Source of the DNA: Alphaproteobacteria bacterium
GTDB lineage: Bacteria; Pseudomonadota; Alphaproteobacteria; JAUHZY01
DNA length: 64,000 bases
Assembly: GCA_030425825.1 (NCBI GenBank)
Contig: JAUHZY010000001.1
Coordinates: 1,542,834-1,606,833 of the forward strand
Direction: 5' to 3'
Below, piece after piece: positions 41,282-51,177 of this stretch (positions are counted from its first letter, which is position 1; every line of letters begins with the position of its first letter). The notes under the pieces were generated by a model. That model had not been told where the DNA came from and did no database searches. It worked only from the letters and a program-made list of their open reading frames with translations. The translations under genes were made by a program, and so were the position numbers.

Positions 41282-42964
41282 ATGAAAAACACAAAAGACA
41301 AAATCATGATAGACAAAAAATCAAAGGCAGAAAACTTTCCAGTCGGCTCTCTTCTGATTGACAAGAAATATAGAAAGTATATCCACGCCTTTTATAACTT
41401 TGCACGTACGGCAGATGATATTGCTGACAACCCTAGTTTGGATACTCAAGAAAAGAAAATTATTCTTCGGATCTTTTCGAATTCATTGATCAATAAATAT
41501 GAAGCCCCAAACCCTGCTTACGACTTAAGGCAGATGCTCTTGTCTTATAAGCCAGAAGCAATGCGCCATTGTCACGATTTACTGAATGCTTTTCAACAAG
41601 ACTCTGCAGGTATTCAAATCAGGTCAATGGAAGCCCTTCTAGCATATTGTCGTCTTTCAGCAGCCTCTGTTGGACGTTTTGTCCTAGATATTCATGAGGA
41701 AGATACATCGCTTTATTCTTATAGTGATGCCTTGTGTAGTGTGCTTCAGATCTTAAATCATATTCAGGATATGCGGGAAGATTATATTGACTTGAACCGT
41801 ATCTATCTTCCAACAAACTGGATTGAAGAAAAAGGCGCTAAAATTGAGTCGATTTCTAGGCATTCTCTAACCTCTCCCTTGCGTGAGGTTGTTTTAAAAC
41901 TCTTAGATGAAGTTGATGTGATGATCGCTTTTGCTGAGCCTTTAAAATACAAAATTAAGAATCGTCGGCTTCAATACGAAATTAGTATCATTTGGGAAGT
42001 GGCAAGATCCCTAAGTGGAAAACTAAAAACACATGATGTTTTACAAGAAAAGGTTAAGCTTACAACGCTAGAGAAGATAAGATGCATCGCCAAGGGCATA
42101 ACAAGAATACTGTTTGCAAAGACAAAAGACACAGAATCACAAAAATATGTGCGTAATCTTGTTGAAGGTGCGGGAACTTCTTTTTATTGGGCCATGCGGT
42201 TCTTACCTAAAAACAAACGTCATGCAATGTATGCCATCTATTCTTTTTGCTCAGAGATTGATGATATTGCCGATGGCCATTCTTCAATTGATAAGAAAAG
42301 AGAGCAATTGGCAAGATGGAAAGTTGCCTTGGATGAAGAGAGCGATCTATTCGTTGTGAAAGAATTAAAAGCTGTGACAACAGAGTTTGATCTAAACCCG
42401 GATCATTTTCATGACATTTTAAAAGGCGTTTCAATGGATCTAGAGCGCTCTATGTTTGCACCAACTTTGCCGCATTTAATGGTTTATGCATATCGTGTTG
42501 CAGGCGCTGTTGGGCTTTTGTCTTTAAATGTGTTCGGTGTTGATGCAGCAGATTCGAAAGAGTTTGGTGTAAGGATGGGTGAGGCTTTGCAGCTGACGAA
42601 TATTTTGCGTGACCTTAAAGAGGATGCGGAAGATGGAAGACTTTATGTTCCGCGCGAATATTTGTTCGACGCAGGATTTGAGGCACAAGACCTGAAGAAA
42701 GATGCGATGCTTATTTTGGAAGATGAGCGGTTTGTTGTTGCACGTGAAAAAATGATTAAGCTTGCGACAGAGAAATATGATTTTATTATCCCTTATTTTA
42801 AGAAGAACAAAAAAAAGAATCTGAAATCAGCATATTTAATGATGCAAATATATTATCGTATTTTTGAGAAATTAAAATGTAGAGATGATTATTTAGAGCC
42901 AACATCTTTGAGTAAATTCGAGAAAATCATTATCAGTTTAAAAGCATATTTGACATACAAATGA
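41282..42964 (+). CDS. hpnCD: fused tandem squalene/phytoene-synthase domains (HpnC-like + HpnD-like) in one 560-aa ORF
   Basis: Two complete SQS_PSY trans-isoprenyl diphosphate synthase domains, each with two Asp-rich motifs (ARTADDIADN / IQDMRED; CSEIDDIADG / ILRDLKED). Confidence 0.7.
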   Translation: MKNTKDKIMIDKKSKAENFPVGSLLIDKKYRKYIHAFYNFARTADDIADNPSLDTQEKKIILRIFSNSLINKYEAPNPAYDLRQMLLSYKPEAMRHCHDLLNAFQQDSAGIQIRSMEALLAYCRLSAASVGRFVLDIHEEDTSLYSYSDALCSVLQILNHIQDMREDYIDLNRIYLPTNWIEEKGAKIESISRHSLTSPLREVVLKLLDEVDVMIAFAEPLKYKIKNRRLQYEISIIWEVARSLSGKLKTHDVLQEKVKLTTLEKIRCIAKGITRILFAKTKDTESQKYVRNLVEGAGTSFYWAMRFLPKNKRHAMYAIYSFCSEIDDIADGHSSIDKKREQLARWKVALDEESDLFVVKELKAVTTEFDLNPDHFHDILKGVSMDLERSMFAPTLPHLMVYAYRVAGAVGLLSLNVFGVDAADSKEFGVRMGEALQLTNILRDLKEDAEDGRLYVPREYLFDAGFEAQDLKKDAMLILEDERFVVAREKMIKLATEKYDFIIPYFKKNKKKNLKSAYLMMQIYYRIFEKLKCRDDYLEPTSLSKFEKIIISLKAYLTYK

Positions 42965-44181
42965 CGCAACCAAAAATTCATATCATTGGGGCTGGGATTG
43001 CAGGGTTAAGCGCCGCTGTTTTTTTGAAAAAGGCAGGCTATCCTGTTGTGTTGTACGAGTCTTCAAAAATGGCGGGCGGACGTTGTCGCAGTTTTTATGA
43101 TGATGGTCTTGGTTGCGACATTGATAATGGAACGCATTTAATCTTAAGATGTAACACAAATGTGTTTAAATATTTAAAAATCATTAATGCCAGGTCAGAA
43201 CTTGTGCCTTTTTCACCGCGCTATCAGTTTCATGACTTTAAGTCAGGTAGGCAGTGGGCTCTTAATTTCTCAAATATTTTTACTTTGTTATTTTCTAGGG
43301 TGCCAAATATACGCCGAAGAGATTTTTTAAAACTCTGGCATTTCTTTTTTGTGTCACCGGAGGTTTCTCTTGCAAAAGTGTTTGGGAATACAAGGTTCTA
43401 TAAGAATGTTATAGGGCCCATAGAACATGCTGTGTTGAACACAGCGAATGGTGAAGGGCAGGCTAAGTTGTTAGTGCCTGTCTTGCGCAAAGCGTTCTTC
43501 AAAAGAAAAGGGGCAGTTCCGTACTTGGCAAAAACATCTTTGCGAGATTGTTTTGTTGACCCTGCCCTAGAATTTCTTGGTCATAAAATTACCTATAATA
43601 AGCGCCTTAAATCTATTGATTGTGAAAATGAAACTGTGCGGACGCTTTCTTTTGATGGTGAGCATATAGATGTTTCAAAAGATATTGTTGTGTTTGCGCT
43701 TCCTGTATGGCAGGTGGCAAAGTTGATGCCTGGTTTTTCTGGCCCAGATGAGTTCCAGTCGATTATTAATGTTCACTTTCAAAACCCTGGATTTCATCAG
43801 CGGCATTTTGTGGGCTGCGTTGGTGGTATAGCCGAGTGGATATTTATTTGTGAAAAAACGATTTCGGTTACAATTAGTGCGGCAGATAGATATAAAGACC
43901 TTTCCCAAGAAGATATAACGAAACTTGTTTGGCGTGAAGTTTGCGCTGTCCAAGGAGAAAAATTCAAGCAGCCTAAGCATCAGTTTATTCGTGAAAAACG
44001 TGCGACTTTTCATCAAACACCTCAGCAGGTTTTAAAGCGTCCTGGACTTGCAACGGCATATAAGAATTTATTTTTGTGCGGAGATTATGTGAATACAGGG
44101 TTGCCATCTACGATTGAAAGTACCATCTTATCATCTAAGAATGTTTGTCAGAAAATTAAAGGAGAGAGAAATGACATTTGA
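42961..44181 (+). CDS. hpnE: HpnE-like FAD-dependent (amine-oxidase fold) hydroxysqualene dehydroxylase
   Basis: N-terminal GAGIAGLSAA dinucleotide motif; ATGA overlap with upstream SQS-domain ORF; conserved hpnCDE order. Confidence 0.7.
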   Translation: MTQPKIHIIGAGIAGLSAAVFLKKAGYPVVLYESSKMAGGRCRSFYDDGLGCDIDNGTHLILRCNTNVFKYLKIINARSELVPFSPRYQFHDFKSGRQWALNFSNIFTLLFSRVPNIRRRDFLKLWHFFFVSPEVSLAKVFGNTRFYKNVIGPIEHAVLNTANGEGQAKLLVPVLRKAFFKRKGAVPYLAKTSLRDCFVDPALEFLGHKITYNKRLKSIDCENETVRTLSFDGEHIDVSKDIVVFALPVWQVAKLMPGFSGPDEFQSIINVHFQNPGFHQRHFVGCVGGIAEWIFICEKTISVTISAADRYKDLSQEDITKLVWREVCAVQGEKFKQPKHQFIREKRATFHQTPQQVLKRPGLATAYKNLFLCGDYVNTGLPSTIESTILSSKNVCQKIKGERNDI

Positions 44182-44758
44182 ATTGCCACCCCTACCTTAT
44201 GAGAGAAATGCACTAGAACCACATATCTCAGAAAATACGATGAACTTCCATTACGGGAAGCACCATCAGGCCTATGTAACAAATCTCAATAAAATGGTTG
44301 AAGGCACGGATATGGCTTCTAAGTCTTTAGAAGATGTTGTTAAGTCTTCTGATGGTGGCATTTTTAATAATGCAGCTCAGGTTTGGAACCATACATTTTT
44401 TTGGAACTCGATGAAACCTAACGGAGGTGGTGCACCATCTGGTGCACTTGCTGATAAGATTAACAGCGCTTTTGGGTCTTTAGATAAGTTCAAGGAAGAA
44501 TTCAAAAACGCAGGTGCAACACAATTTGGAAGCGGTTGGGCTTGGCTTGTTGTTGACAGTAAGGGTGATTTAAAGATTACGAAAACAGCAAATGCTGAAA
44601 CACCGTTGACTGATAATGTAACACCGCTTTTGACATGTGATGTGTGGGAACATGCGTATTATTTGGACTATCAAAACCGTCGTCCCGATTTTCTGCAGGT
44701 GTTTCTAGATAGTCTTATCAACTGGGATTTTGCTGCTGAGAATCTCGCAAAAGCATAA
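44171..44758 (+). CDS. sodB: Fe/Mn superoxide dismutase
   Basis: FELPPLPY...HHQAYV, DVWEHAYY motifs; start ATG 44171 overlaps hpnE end. Confidence 0.9.
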   Translation: MTFELPPLPYERNALEPHISENTMNFHYGKHHQAYVTNLNKMVEGTDMASKSLEDVVKSSDGGIFNNAAQVWNHTFFWNSMKPNGGGAPSGALADKINSAFGSLDKFKEEFKNAGATQFGSGWAWLVVDSKGDLKITKTANAETPLTDNVTPLLTCDVWEHAYYLDYQNRRPDFLQVFLDSLINWDFAAENLAKA

Positions 44759-44778
44759 GCTTTGATATTTTGATAAAG

Positions 44779-44817
44779 GTCGATGCTGTGTGAAAAACGC
44801 GGCATCGACTTTTTTTT
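44779..44817 (+). terminator. rho-independent terminator after sodB (GTCGATGC-loop-GCATCGAC + T8)
   Basis: 8-9 bp stem, 13-nt loop, 8 Ts; T-run overlaps the convergent nadE stop codon. Confidence 0.7.
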
Positions 44818-46411
44818 ATTCCCATCCACGTCCATTTACTATCGGATAGCGTCTTTCTCGTGTAAAGGACAGAGACGTGACTTTCGGGCCAGGAGCAGCT
44901 TGTCTGCGTTTGTACTCATTGCGGTGAAGTAGGGTGTTAATTTTGAGAATAGTTTCTTTATCAAAGTCTTTCTCAAAAAGCTCTTTAAGTGATTTTTGTT
45001 CTTCGATCAAATGATACAATATTTGGTCTAGAATATCATATGGAGGTAAGCTATCAGAGTCTTTTTGCCCAGGTCGCAGCTCAGCTGATGGTGCCTTTTT
45101 TAGCATATGTTCGGGAATGATTTCTTCATGGCGGTTAAGCCAATGTGCAAGGCGATAAACATCTGTTTTATAAACATCTTTGATAGGCGCAAAAGCACCG
45201 CACATATCACCATATAATGTTGCATAGCCTGTTGCGTATTCTGATTTGTTACCACAAGAAAGGACTAAGTGGTTGAATTTATTGCTCAAAGCCATCAGTA
45301 AAGCGCCACGCAAACGTGATTGAATGTTTTCTTCCGTTTCATCAATCACATGTCCATCGAATGGTTTTTTAAGAATTTTGTCGAAAGCTTTCATGGCAGG
45401 CGTAATGGGATGAACTGTGTATGAAACATTAAGGTTTTCTGCAAGATCAGCTGCATCTTTCAGGCTTTCTTCAGATGTATAAGGGGATGGCATCATGACA
45501 GCAAAAACATGCTCTGGACCTAGTGCTTCAACAGCAATAGCTGCCACCATTGCCGAGTCAATGCCGCCTGAGAGACCTAATGTCACCTCTCGAAAGCCAC
45601 TTTTGCGGACATAATCTTTGACTGACATAACAAGTCCACCCCATGTTTTCTCTTGCCAAGAAGGCGTTGGTGGTTTGATAGCTTGAAGAGGGGACGTGAT
45701 AAGGGCAATGTCTTCTTCCCATAAGGGTGATTCGTATACTGTTTCACCATTTTTATTCAGGACGAAGCTATTACCGTCGAATAAGAGGTCATCTTGTCCA
45801 CCAACTTGGTTGATATAATAAAAAGGGACACCTGCTCTAAGTGAAAACTTGTGTGCCAGCTCGAATCGTTGCGTATCTTTGTGAATTTCAAAAGGCGATG
45901 CATTTATTGAAATAAACAAATCAATTCCTTCTTTTGACAGTTGTTCTGCCATTTCTTTTTTCCACAATTCTTCACAGATCAGCAGTCCTATACGTTGGCC
46001 TTCCAGTTCGAAAATATGGTTTGTGTCCGCTTTTTCAAAATGTCTTTTTTCATCAAAGACACCATAATTAGGTAGATTGTTTTTATAAAATTTTTGTGAA
46101 ACCTCACCATCTTTCAATAATAAAACAGCATTATATGTTTTTGAAAAGTCGATAACGGGTGTCCCGACAAGCATTGCAGGACCGGAAAGAGTCAATGCTG
46201 CAAGTTCAGGAATGTAATTTGCACAAGCGTCAATCATATCTTTACGTAGCAAAAGATCATCTGCTGGATAACCGCAAAGACAAAGTTCAGGAAAAACGAC
46301 AAGATTTGGTGATTCTTCACGCGCTTTTAGATAATTCTTTTTGATTTTTTCAAAATTCTTTTTGATCGCGCCAACTGTTGGGTTGATTTGTGCAAGTGAA
46401 ATTCTAAGCAT
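44816..46411 (-). CDS. nadE: glutamine-dependent NAD+ synthetase (CN-hydrolase + NAD synthetase domains)
   Basis: N-terminal nitrilase-like domain (FPELCLCGYP), C-terminal PP-loop SGGIDS. Confidence 0.9.
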   Translation of the reverse strand: MLRISLAQINPTVGAIKKNFEKIKKNYLKAREESPNLVVFPELCLCGYPADDLLLRKDMIDACANYIPELAALTLSGPAMLVGTPVIDFSKTYNAVLLLKDGEVSQKFYKNNLPNYGVFDEKRHFEKADTNHIFELEGQRIGLLICEELWKKEMAEQLSKEGIDLFISINASPFEIHKDTQRFELAHKFSLRAGVPFYYINQVGGQDDLLFDGNSFVLNKNGETVYESPLWEEDIALITSPLQAIKPPTPSWQEKTWGGLVMSVKDYVRKSGFREVTLGLSGGIDSAMVAAIAVEALGPEHVFAVMMPSPYTSEESLKDAADLAENLNVSYTVHPITPAMKAFDKILKKPFDGHVIDETEENIQSRLRGALLMALSNKFNHLVLSCGNKSEYATGYATLYGDMCGAFAPIKDVYKTDVYRLAHWLNRHEEIIPEHMLKKAPSAELRPGQKDSDSLPPYDILDQILYHLIEEQKSLKELFEKDFDKETILKINTLLHRNEYKRRQAAPGPKVTSLSFTRERRYPIVNGRGWE

Positions 46412-46422
46412 AAAAAATATCC

Positions 46423-47181
46423 CTATATATTATCGGCATCAATTTTGGCTTTGATATATGACAGAAGAGGGTATAGGCCTGCACAAAGCGCAATCATGAA
46501 CCCGTACAGTCCTTCTTTGTATCCTTTTCGCCGGACATAACACTTATAAAAACGCGAGAAGATACGACGAAGATAAGGGTAAAACGGCCCCATATCCTCT
46601 TTCTCGAGTAAGTCTTTGGCATGAATTGTTGAATAGCGGTCCAGGCGATGCAGCATATCTGAAATGCTTTCATCGACGTAATGTAGAAGAAAGTTTTCTA
46701 ATTTGCCGCCACTCTTGCCCGTCATTTCATATGTCGCGTGGAATCTGCCATAAACCCATTTCTTGTTTTCTTTTTTAAAGAGGCCAGGATAAGATGATTT
46801 CCCAAAATAAGCCCCCCAACCGTATTGGACAGGCTTTTTTCCTATGTGATTGAGGACGGGGATATAATAATAATCGGCTTTTGCTGTCAGAATCGTTTTG
46901 ACAATTTCTTGAGCTAATTTCTTCGGAATGCGTTCATCAGCATCAAGCTCTAAAACCCACTCACCCTTACAGTAATCTAACCCTTCTTGCCTGCGGTCAG
47001 CCTCTAATTCCCATGATCCTTCGATAATTTGGTCTGTAAACTTCAGTGCAATTTCTTTCGACCTATCTGTACACTTATCTAGCACAATGACAATTTCATC
47101 TGCAAAATCAAGGCATGAGAGACAGCTCTCAAGATGCTCTTCTTCATTATGTATAACAAGAAGTGCTGACAATTTCACCAT
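46423..47181 (-). CDS. family 2 glycosyltransferase
   Basis: GT-A fold motifs (LSALLVIHNEEEHL, DAD-like ELDADE). Confidence 0.75.
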   Translation of the reverse strand: MVKLSALLVIHNEEEHLESCLSCLDFADEIVIVLDKCTDRSKEIALKFTDQIIEGSWELEADRRQEGLDYCKGEWVLELDADERIPKKLAQEIVKTILTAKADYYYIPVLNHIGKKPVQYGWGAYFGKSSYPGLFKKENKKWVYGRFHATYEMTGKSGGKLENFLLHYVDESISDMLHRLDRYSTIHAKDLLEKEDMGPFYPYLRRIFSRFYKCYVRRKGYKEGLYGFMIALCAGLYPLLSYIKAKIDADNI

Positions 47182-47184
47182 GGG

Positions 47185-47682
47185 TTAAGCCAATTTTTCA
47201 ATATCTTCATCTGAAAGTCCACCTGGAACAATCATAACAGGGATGCGTAATTTTCCTGACATTTTTCCTGCGAAATGCGAAACCAAAGCACCAGGGCTAT
47301 CAGAATCTGGAGCGGCACCAAGAACAAGCATAGAGATCGTTGGATCTTCTTCGATGGCTTTTGTAACAGCTTCTTTAGCTGGCCCTTCACGGACAATAAG
47401 TTCAGGCATTTCATCATCCATTAATGCGCGCACAATGTCTGCCCATTTACTCACAGCTTTTTCCGCTTCTGCACGACGTTCTTCTTGCATCATTTTGCTG
47501 ACACCCATCCAGTCTTGGAACTGATGCTGTTCAACAATAGATAAAAGAGAAATATGTGCCCCTACTTTTTTTGCACGCCTGCATGCAAATTTCAGAGCTG
47601 TTTTTACTTCTTCTGCATCTTCTAGAACAATCAGAAATAAAGGCTTTCTTTCAACTTTTTTACTTTTTTTACGCGCGCTCAT
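47185..47682 (-). CDS. universal stress protein family protein
   Basis: UspA fold, C-terminal ATP-binding-like GxxxGxxSHFxGS-like region (LVLGAAPDSDSPGALVSHFAG). Confidence 0.7.
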   Translation of the reverse strand: MSARKKSKKVERKPLFLIVLEDAEEVKTALKFACRRAKKVGAHISLLSIVEQHQFQDWMGVSKMMQEERRAEAEKAVSKWADIVRALMDDEMPELIVREGPAKEAVTKAIEEDPTISMLVLGAAPDSDSPGALVSHFAGKMSGKLRIPVMIVPGGLSDEDIEKLA

Positions 47683-47683
47683 T

Positions 47684-48460
47684 TTATCCCTTTCTAAAGA
47701 GTCGTGTTGACGCTAAACCGAAAAACACTGAAAACATAACAGCAAAAAGACCATAAAATACTCTGTGGTCATGCGCAAAAGAATAAACAGTCTTGCTGGT
47801 TCCAATTTTCCCAATCTTAAAGTGAATGACACGATGGGATGCTATTTTCTGGTCTCTGACCAAGTACACATCAATACTGTAAGGGCCAGGTTTAATATTC
47901 GCCGGGACTTTCACAGATGATTTGAAAAGATGGCGGCCCATAAATTTAACTTTAGATGGTGTTTTTGAATATAGGCCAATTTTTTGTTTTTGACGAATAA
48001 GTGCATTTTTAAATGTTATACGCGACTCGGATGTTTTCGAGGAGCGAATAGGGAAGGAAAGGTATTTGGGCCCGATTTTATGTTTTTGAAGGCCTGTATA
48101 TGGAAGGATTTTACGTAAAGGGCTGGAACTTGCAATCCAATACAAAGAAGGAACATCATCAAAAATAACACGGTCACGACTGATCCACAGACCAGAAACT
48201 TTGCGCTTTCTTCTAACAATCTGTTCTTCAGAAGGCCCGCGAATAACGGTGATGATATCACCTTGGTCTGCAACACCTCCAAATAGAACAATCTCACTTC
48301 CTGTAAAGTTAAGATTAATTGCAATGAAATCGTCAACGAGATCCAGTGATATGTCTTCACTTGCCTGCACCGTTTGTGCCGAGACTGTTAACAAAAAAAC
48401 AAAAGTAAGGAGGATTTTATTCAACAAAATATAAGTCCTCCGGCATTGTGATAAGGTCAA
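47684..48460 (-). CDS. TIGR02186-family (Alph_Pro_TM) alphaproteobacterial membrane protein
   Basis: N-terminal signal peptide, C-terminal TM, conserved partnership with TSUP permease gene. Confidence 0.6.
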   Translation of the reverse strand: MTLSQCRRTYILLNKILLTFVFLLTVSAQTVQASEDISLDLVDDFIAINLNFTGSEIVLFGGVADQGDIITVIRGPSEEQIVRRKRKVSGLWISRDRVIFDDVPSLYWIASSSPLRKILPYTGLQKHKIGPKYLSFPIRSSKTSESRITFKNALIRQKQKIGLYSKTPSKVKFMGRHLFKSSVKVPANIKPGPYSIDVYLVRDQKIASHRVIHFKIGKIGTSKTVYSFAHDHRVFYGLFAVMFSVFFGLASTRLFRKG

Positions 48461-49310
48461 ACCCTAGGCGAATACACACAACCATAATAATAGAAGCAAG
48501 AAGAAGCCGGGCATATTCGCCCTTTAGTTTCGTCGATAGTTGTACGCCAAATTGCACGCCGATAACCCCGCCGATAAGCATGAGTGTTGCAAGCACCATA
48601 TCAACAGTTTGATATTTAAAAGCCTGCAGGAATGTGACGATGCCTGTGACAAACATAATTTGAAATAAAGATGTGCCACCAACCATAGAGGGAGGGATGC
48701 GTAGTAAATAAACCATTGCAGGAACCATCAAGAACCCTCCACCAATTCCTAATGTTGATACCAGAATACTCACAAAGCACCCAATCGTAAAAGGGGCCAG
48801 CATACTCATGTAAATACCTGATTTCTTAAAGCGTGTTTTGAGAGGTAAGTATTTAAACCATCTGCGCTTTTTCTTTTTTCGGTTGGACTTTCGCAAAAAA
48901 GATGTCAAAAGTCCTTCACACATCATAAGGGTTGCGATAAACCCAAGAAGAAAAACAAAACTAAGAGAAATAAAGAGGTCAATTTGACCCATTTCTTTCA
49001 GGATGCCAAACAGCCAGACACCAATAAATGAACCACAGATGCCGCCTGCCAGCATGACGCCACCCATTTTAAAATCAACGCGTCCGCGTCGCCAATGTCC
49101 AATAACGCCAGAAATCGAAACAGCAACCAATTGACTTGCTTGGCTTCCAACGGCAACAGCAGGGGGAACGCCGATGAGAATAAGAAGGGGGGTTGATAAA
49201 AAGCCGCCACCAATACCAAAAAGCCCAGAAATAAATCCAACGCCGCCACCAAGAGCCAGAAGCGTGAACAAATCAACAGAAACTTCTGCAATGGGGAGAT
49301 AAACTTGCAT
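48417..49310 (-). CDS. TSUP (TauE/SafE) family anion permease
   Basis: Two repeats of 4-TM with GxGGG motifs (GGGVGFISGLFGIGGGF; GIGGGFLMVPAM). Confidence 0.8.
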   Translation of the reverse strand: MQVYLPIAEVSVDLFTLLALGGGVGFISGLFGIGGGFLSTPLLILIGVPPAVAVGSQASQLVAVSISGVIGHWRRGRVDFKMGGVMLAGGICGSFIGVWLFGILKEMGQIDLFISLSFVFLLGFIATLMMCEGLLTSFLRKSNRKKKKRRWFKYLPLKTRFKKSGIYMSMLAPFTIGCFVSILVSTLGIGGGFLMVPAMVYLLRIPPSMVGGTSLFQIMFVTGIVTFLQAFKYQTVDMVLATLMLIGGVIGVQFGVQLSTKLKGEYARLLLASIIMVVCIRLGFDLITMPEDLYFVE

Positions 49311-49383
49311 TTTTATTCTCTATTTTCACATCATGAAATGATTCTAGAAAAATAGTAACACTTGTTTATTTGTTTGAGTAGGC

Positions 49384-51177
49384 TTATTTCCGACCGAAAA
49401 GCCTTTCAATGTCAGAGCGTTTCAATTTTACATAGGTTGGTCGCCCGTGATTGCATTGTCCTGAATGTGGTGTGTTCTCCATTTGTCTCAGAAGCGCGTT
49501 CATTTCTTCTGCTGTAAGGCGCCTTCCTGCACGTACACTTCCATGACATGCCATTGTTCCAAGAATTTCACCAATTTTCTCTTTCAAGCTAAGGGTTTCA
49601 CCCATTTCCGCAATTTCATCGGCGAGATCGTTCATCAAAGATTTAACATCATCTTTTGCAAGAAGTGCTGGAATAGATCTTACGACAATACCTTGGTCCC
49701 CGAATGACTCAATTTCCACACCAAATTTATCAAGTTCATCAGCTTTTGACAAAAGAGATTGGGCATTTTCTGCACTGAGTTCAATGACTTCTGGAATAAG
49801 AAGGTTTTGTCTTGCGACGCCTGTTTCTTCCATATCTTTTTTCATTTTCTCATAAACCAGTCTTTCATGGGCTGCATGTTGATCAACGATGACTAGCCCA
49901 TCATCTGTTTGTGAAACGATGTATGTTTCGTGTAGCTGGGCCTTCGCTAGCCCCATGGGATAAGACACAGTTTCTTGTTGGGGTTGTTCTTGCGCAGGCG
50001 CTATTGCTGTTCGAACGCTTGGCGTTTGAAGAGGCATTTGTGCTTGCATGGCTGCAGAGTAAGTACGGGGCGTTTCTTGCGCTCTTGGATAAGCAAAAGA
50101 AGATGTTGATGGTTGAGTATATTTTCCTGCCTGAAAGGAAGAAAGGGCAGCGTTGGAAATGGTTGTTGACGCTTCACCACCGCCTGCTTGCAGCGCGCGC
50201 TTCATTGAACTGATCAGTAGGCCGCGGATAAGCTGTTGATCACGAAAGCGTACTTCTGTTTTAGAAGGGTGAACATTCACATCAACTTCGTGAGAAGGTA
50301 TTTCCAAAAACAATGCTAAAGAAGGATGTCGGTTGGACATTAAAAAGTCTCTGTAAGCTGCGCGTACACAACCATGTAGAATCTTGTCTTTGACAGGTCT
50401 GTTATTTACAAAGAAAAACTGCTGCTTCGTATTTGCGCGATTATATGTTGGCAGGCTGATAAGACCTTTTAGTATACAGTCTTCTTTTTCTACGTCGATT
50501 GGGATGGTGTTTTCAAGAAACTCTTTCCCAAAAATCTTACCAAAGCGCGCACTTTGTGAAGAAAACAAGTCGGCTGTCTCGGGGGGCAGATCGATAACAA
50601 ATTTTTGCCCATTATGAAAGCGCAAGCCAATGCGTGGATAGGCCATCGCAATATGAGTAAGGGTTTCTTTAATATGATTGTTTTCAGTCGTTGCAGACTT
50701 TAGAAATTTGAGCCTTGCAGGGGTGGCATAAAATAAATCTTTAATTTCAACTTTTGTGCCACGCTCTAGATTGCTTGGCTGAGGAGGGTTTATTTCACCA
50801 CCATGGACATCAATTTGCCAGGCATGTGCTTCGTTTGCATGTTTGCTGGTAATAGTGAGGCGGCTCACAGCGCCAATTGAGGGAAGGGCCTCACCACGAA
50901 AGCCAAAGCTGTGAATATCAAACAAATCATCATTTGGCAGCTTTGACGTTGCATGACGTTGAATGGCAAGTTGCAAGTCATCTTGTGTCATGCCATGACC
51001 GTTATCTGTTACAGTAATAGAGGTCTTTCCACCTTCTTCTGTGAAGACGTCAATTTTTGTAGCCCCTGCATCAATCGCATTTTCGACGACTTCTTTAATC
51101 GCTGCAGCGGGTCTTTCGACGACTTCGCCTGCTGCAATTTGGTTCACAAGATGATTGGGAAGAACACGTATTGTCAT
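49384..51177 (-). CDS. mutL: DNA mismatch repair protein MutL
   Basis: GHKL ATPase motifs (NAIDAGAT, DNGHGM), C-terminal dimerisation domain. Confidence 0.9.
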   Translation of the reverse strand: MTIRVLPNHLVNQIAAGEVVERPAAAIKEVVENAIDAGATKIDVFTEEGGKTSITVTDNGHGMTQDDLQLAIQRHATSKLPNDDLFDIHSFGFRGEALPSIGAVSRLTITSKHANEAHAWQIDVHGGEINPPQPSNLERGTKVEIKDLFYATPARLKFLKSATTENNHIKETLTHIAMAYPRIGLRFHNGQKFVIDLPPETADLFSSQSARFGKIFGKEFLENTIPIDVEKEDCILKGLISLPTYNRANTKQQFFFVNNRPVKDKILHGCVRAAYRDFLMSNRHPSLALFLEIPSHEVDVNVHPSKTEVRFRDQQLIRGLLISSMKRALQAGGGEASTTISNAALSSFQAGKYTQPSTSSFAYPRAQETPRTYSAAMQAQMPLQTPSVRTAIAPAQEQPQQETVSYPMGLAKAQLHETYIVSQTDDGLVIVDQHAAHERLVYEKMKKDMEETGVARQNLLIPEVIELSAENAQSLLSKADELDKFGVEIESFGDQGIVVRSIPALLAKDDVKSLMNDLADEIAEMGETLSLKEKIGEILGTMACHGSVRAGRRLTAEEMNALLRQMENTPHSGQCNHGRPTYVKLKRSDIERLFGRK

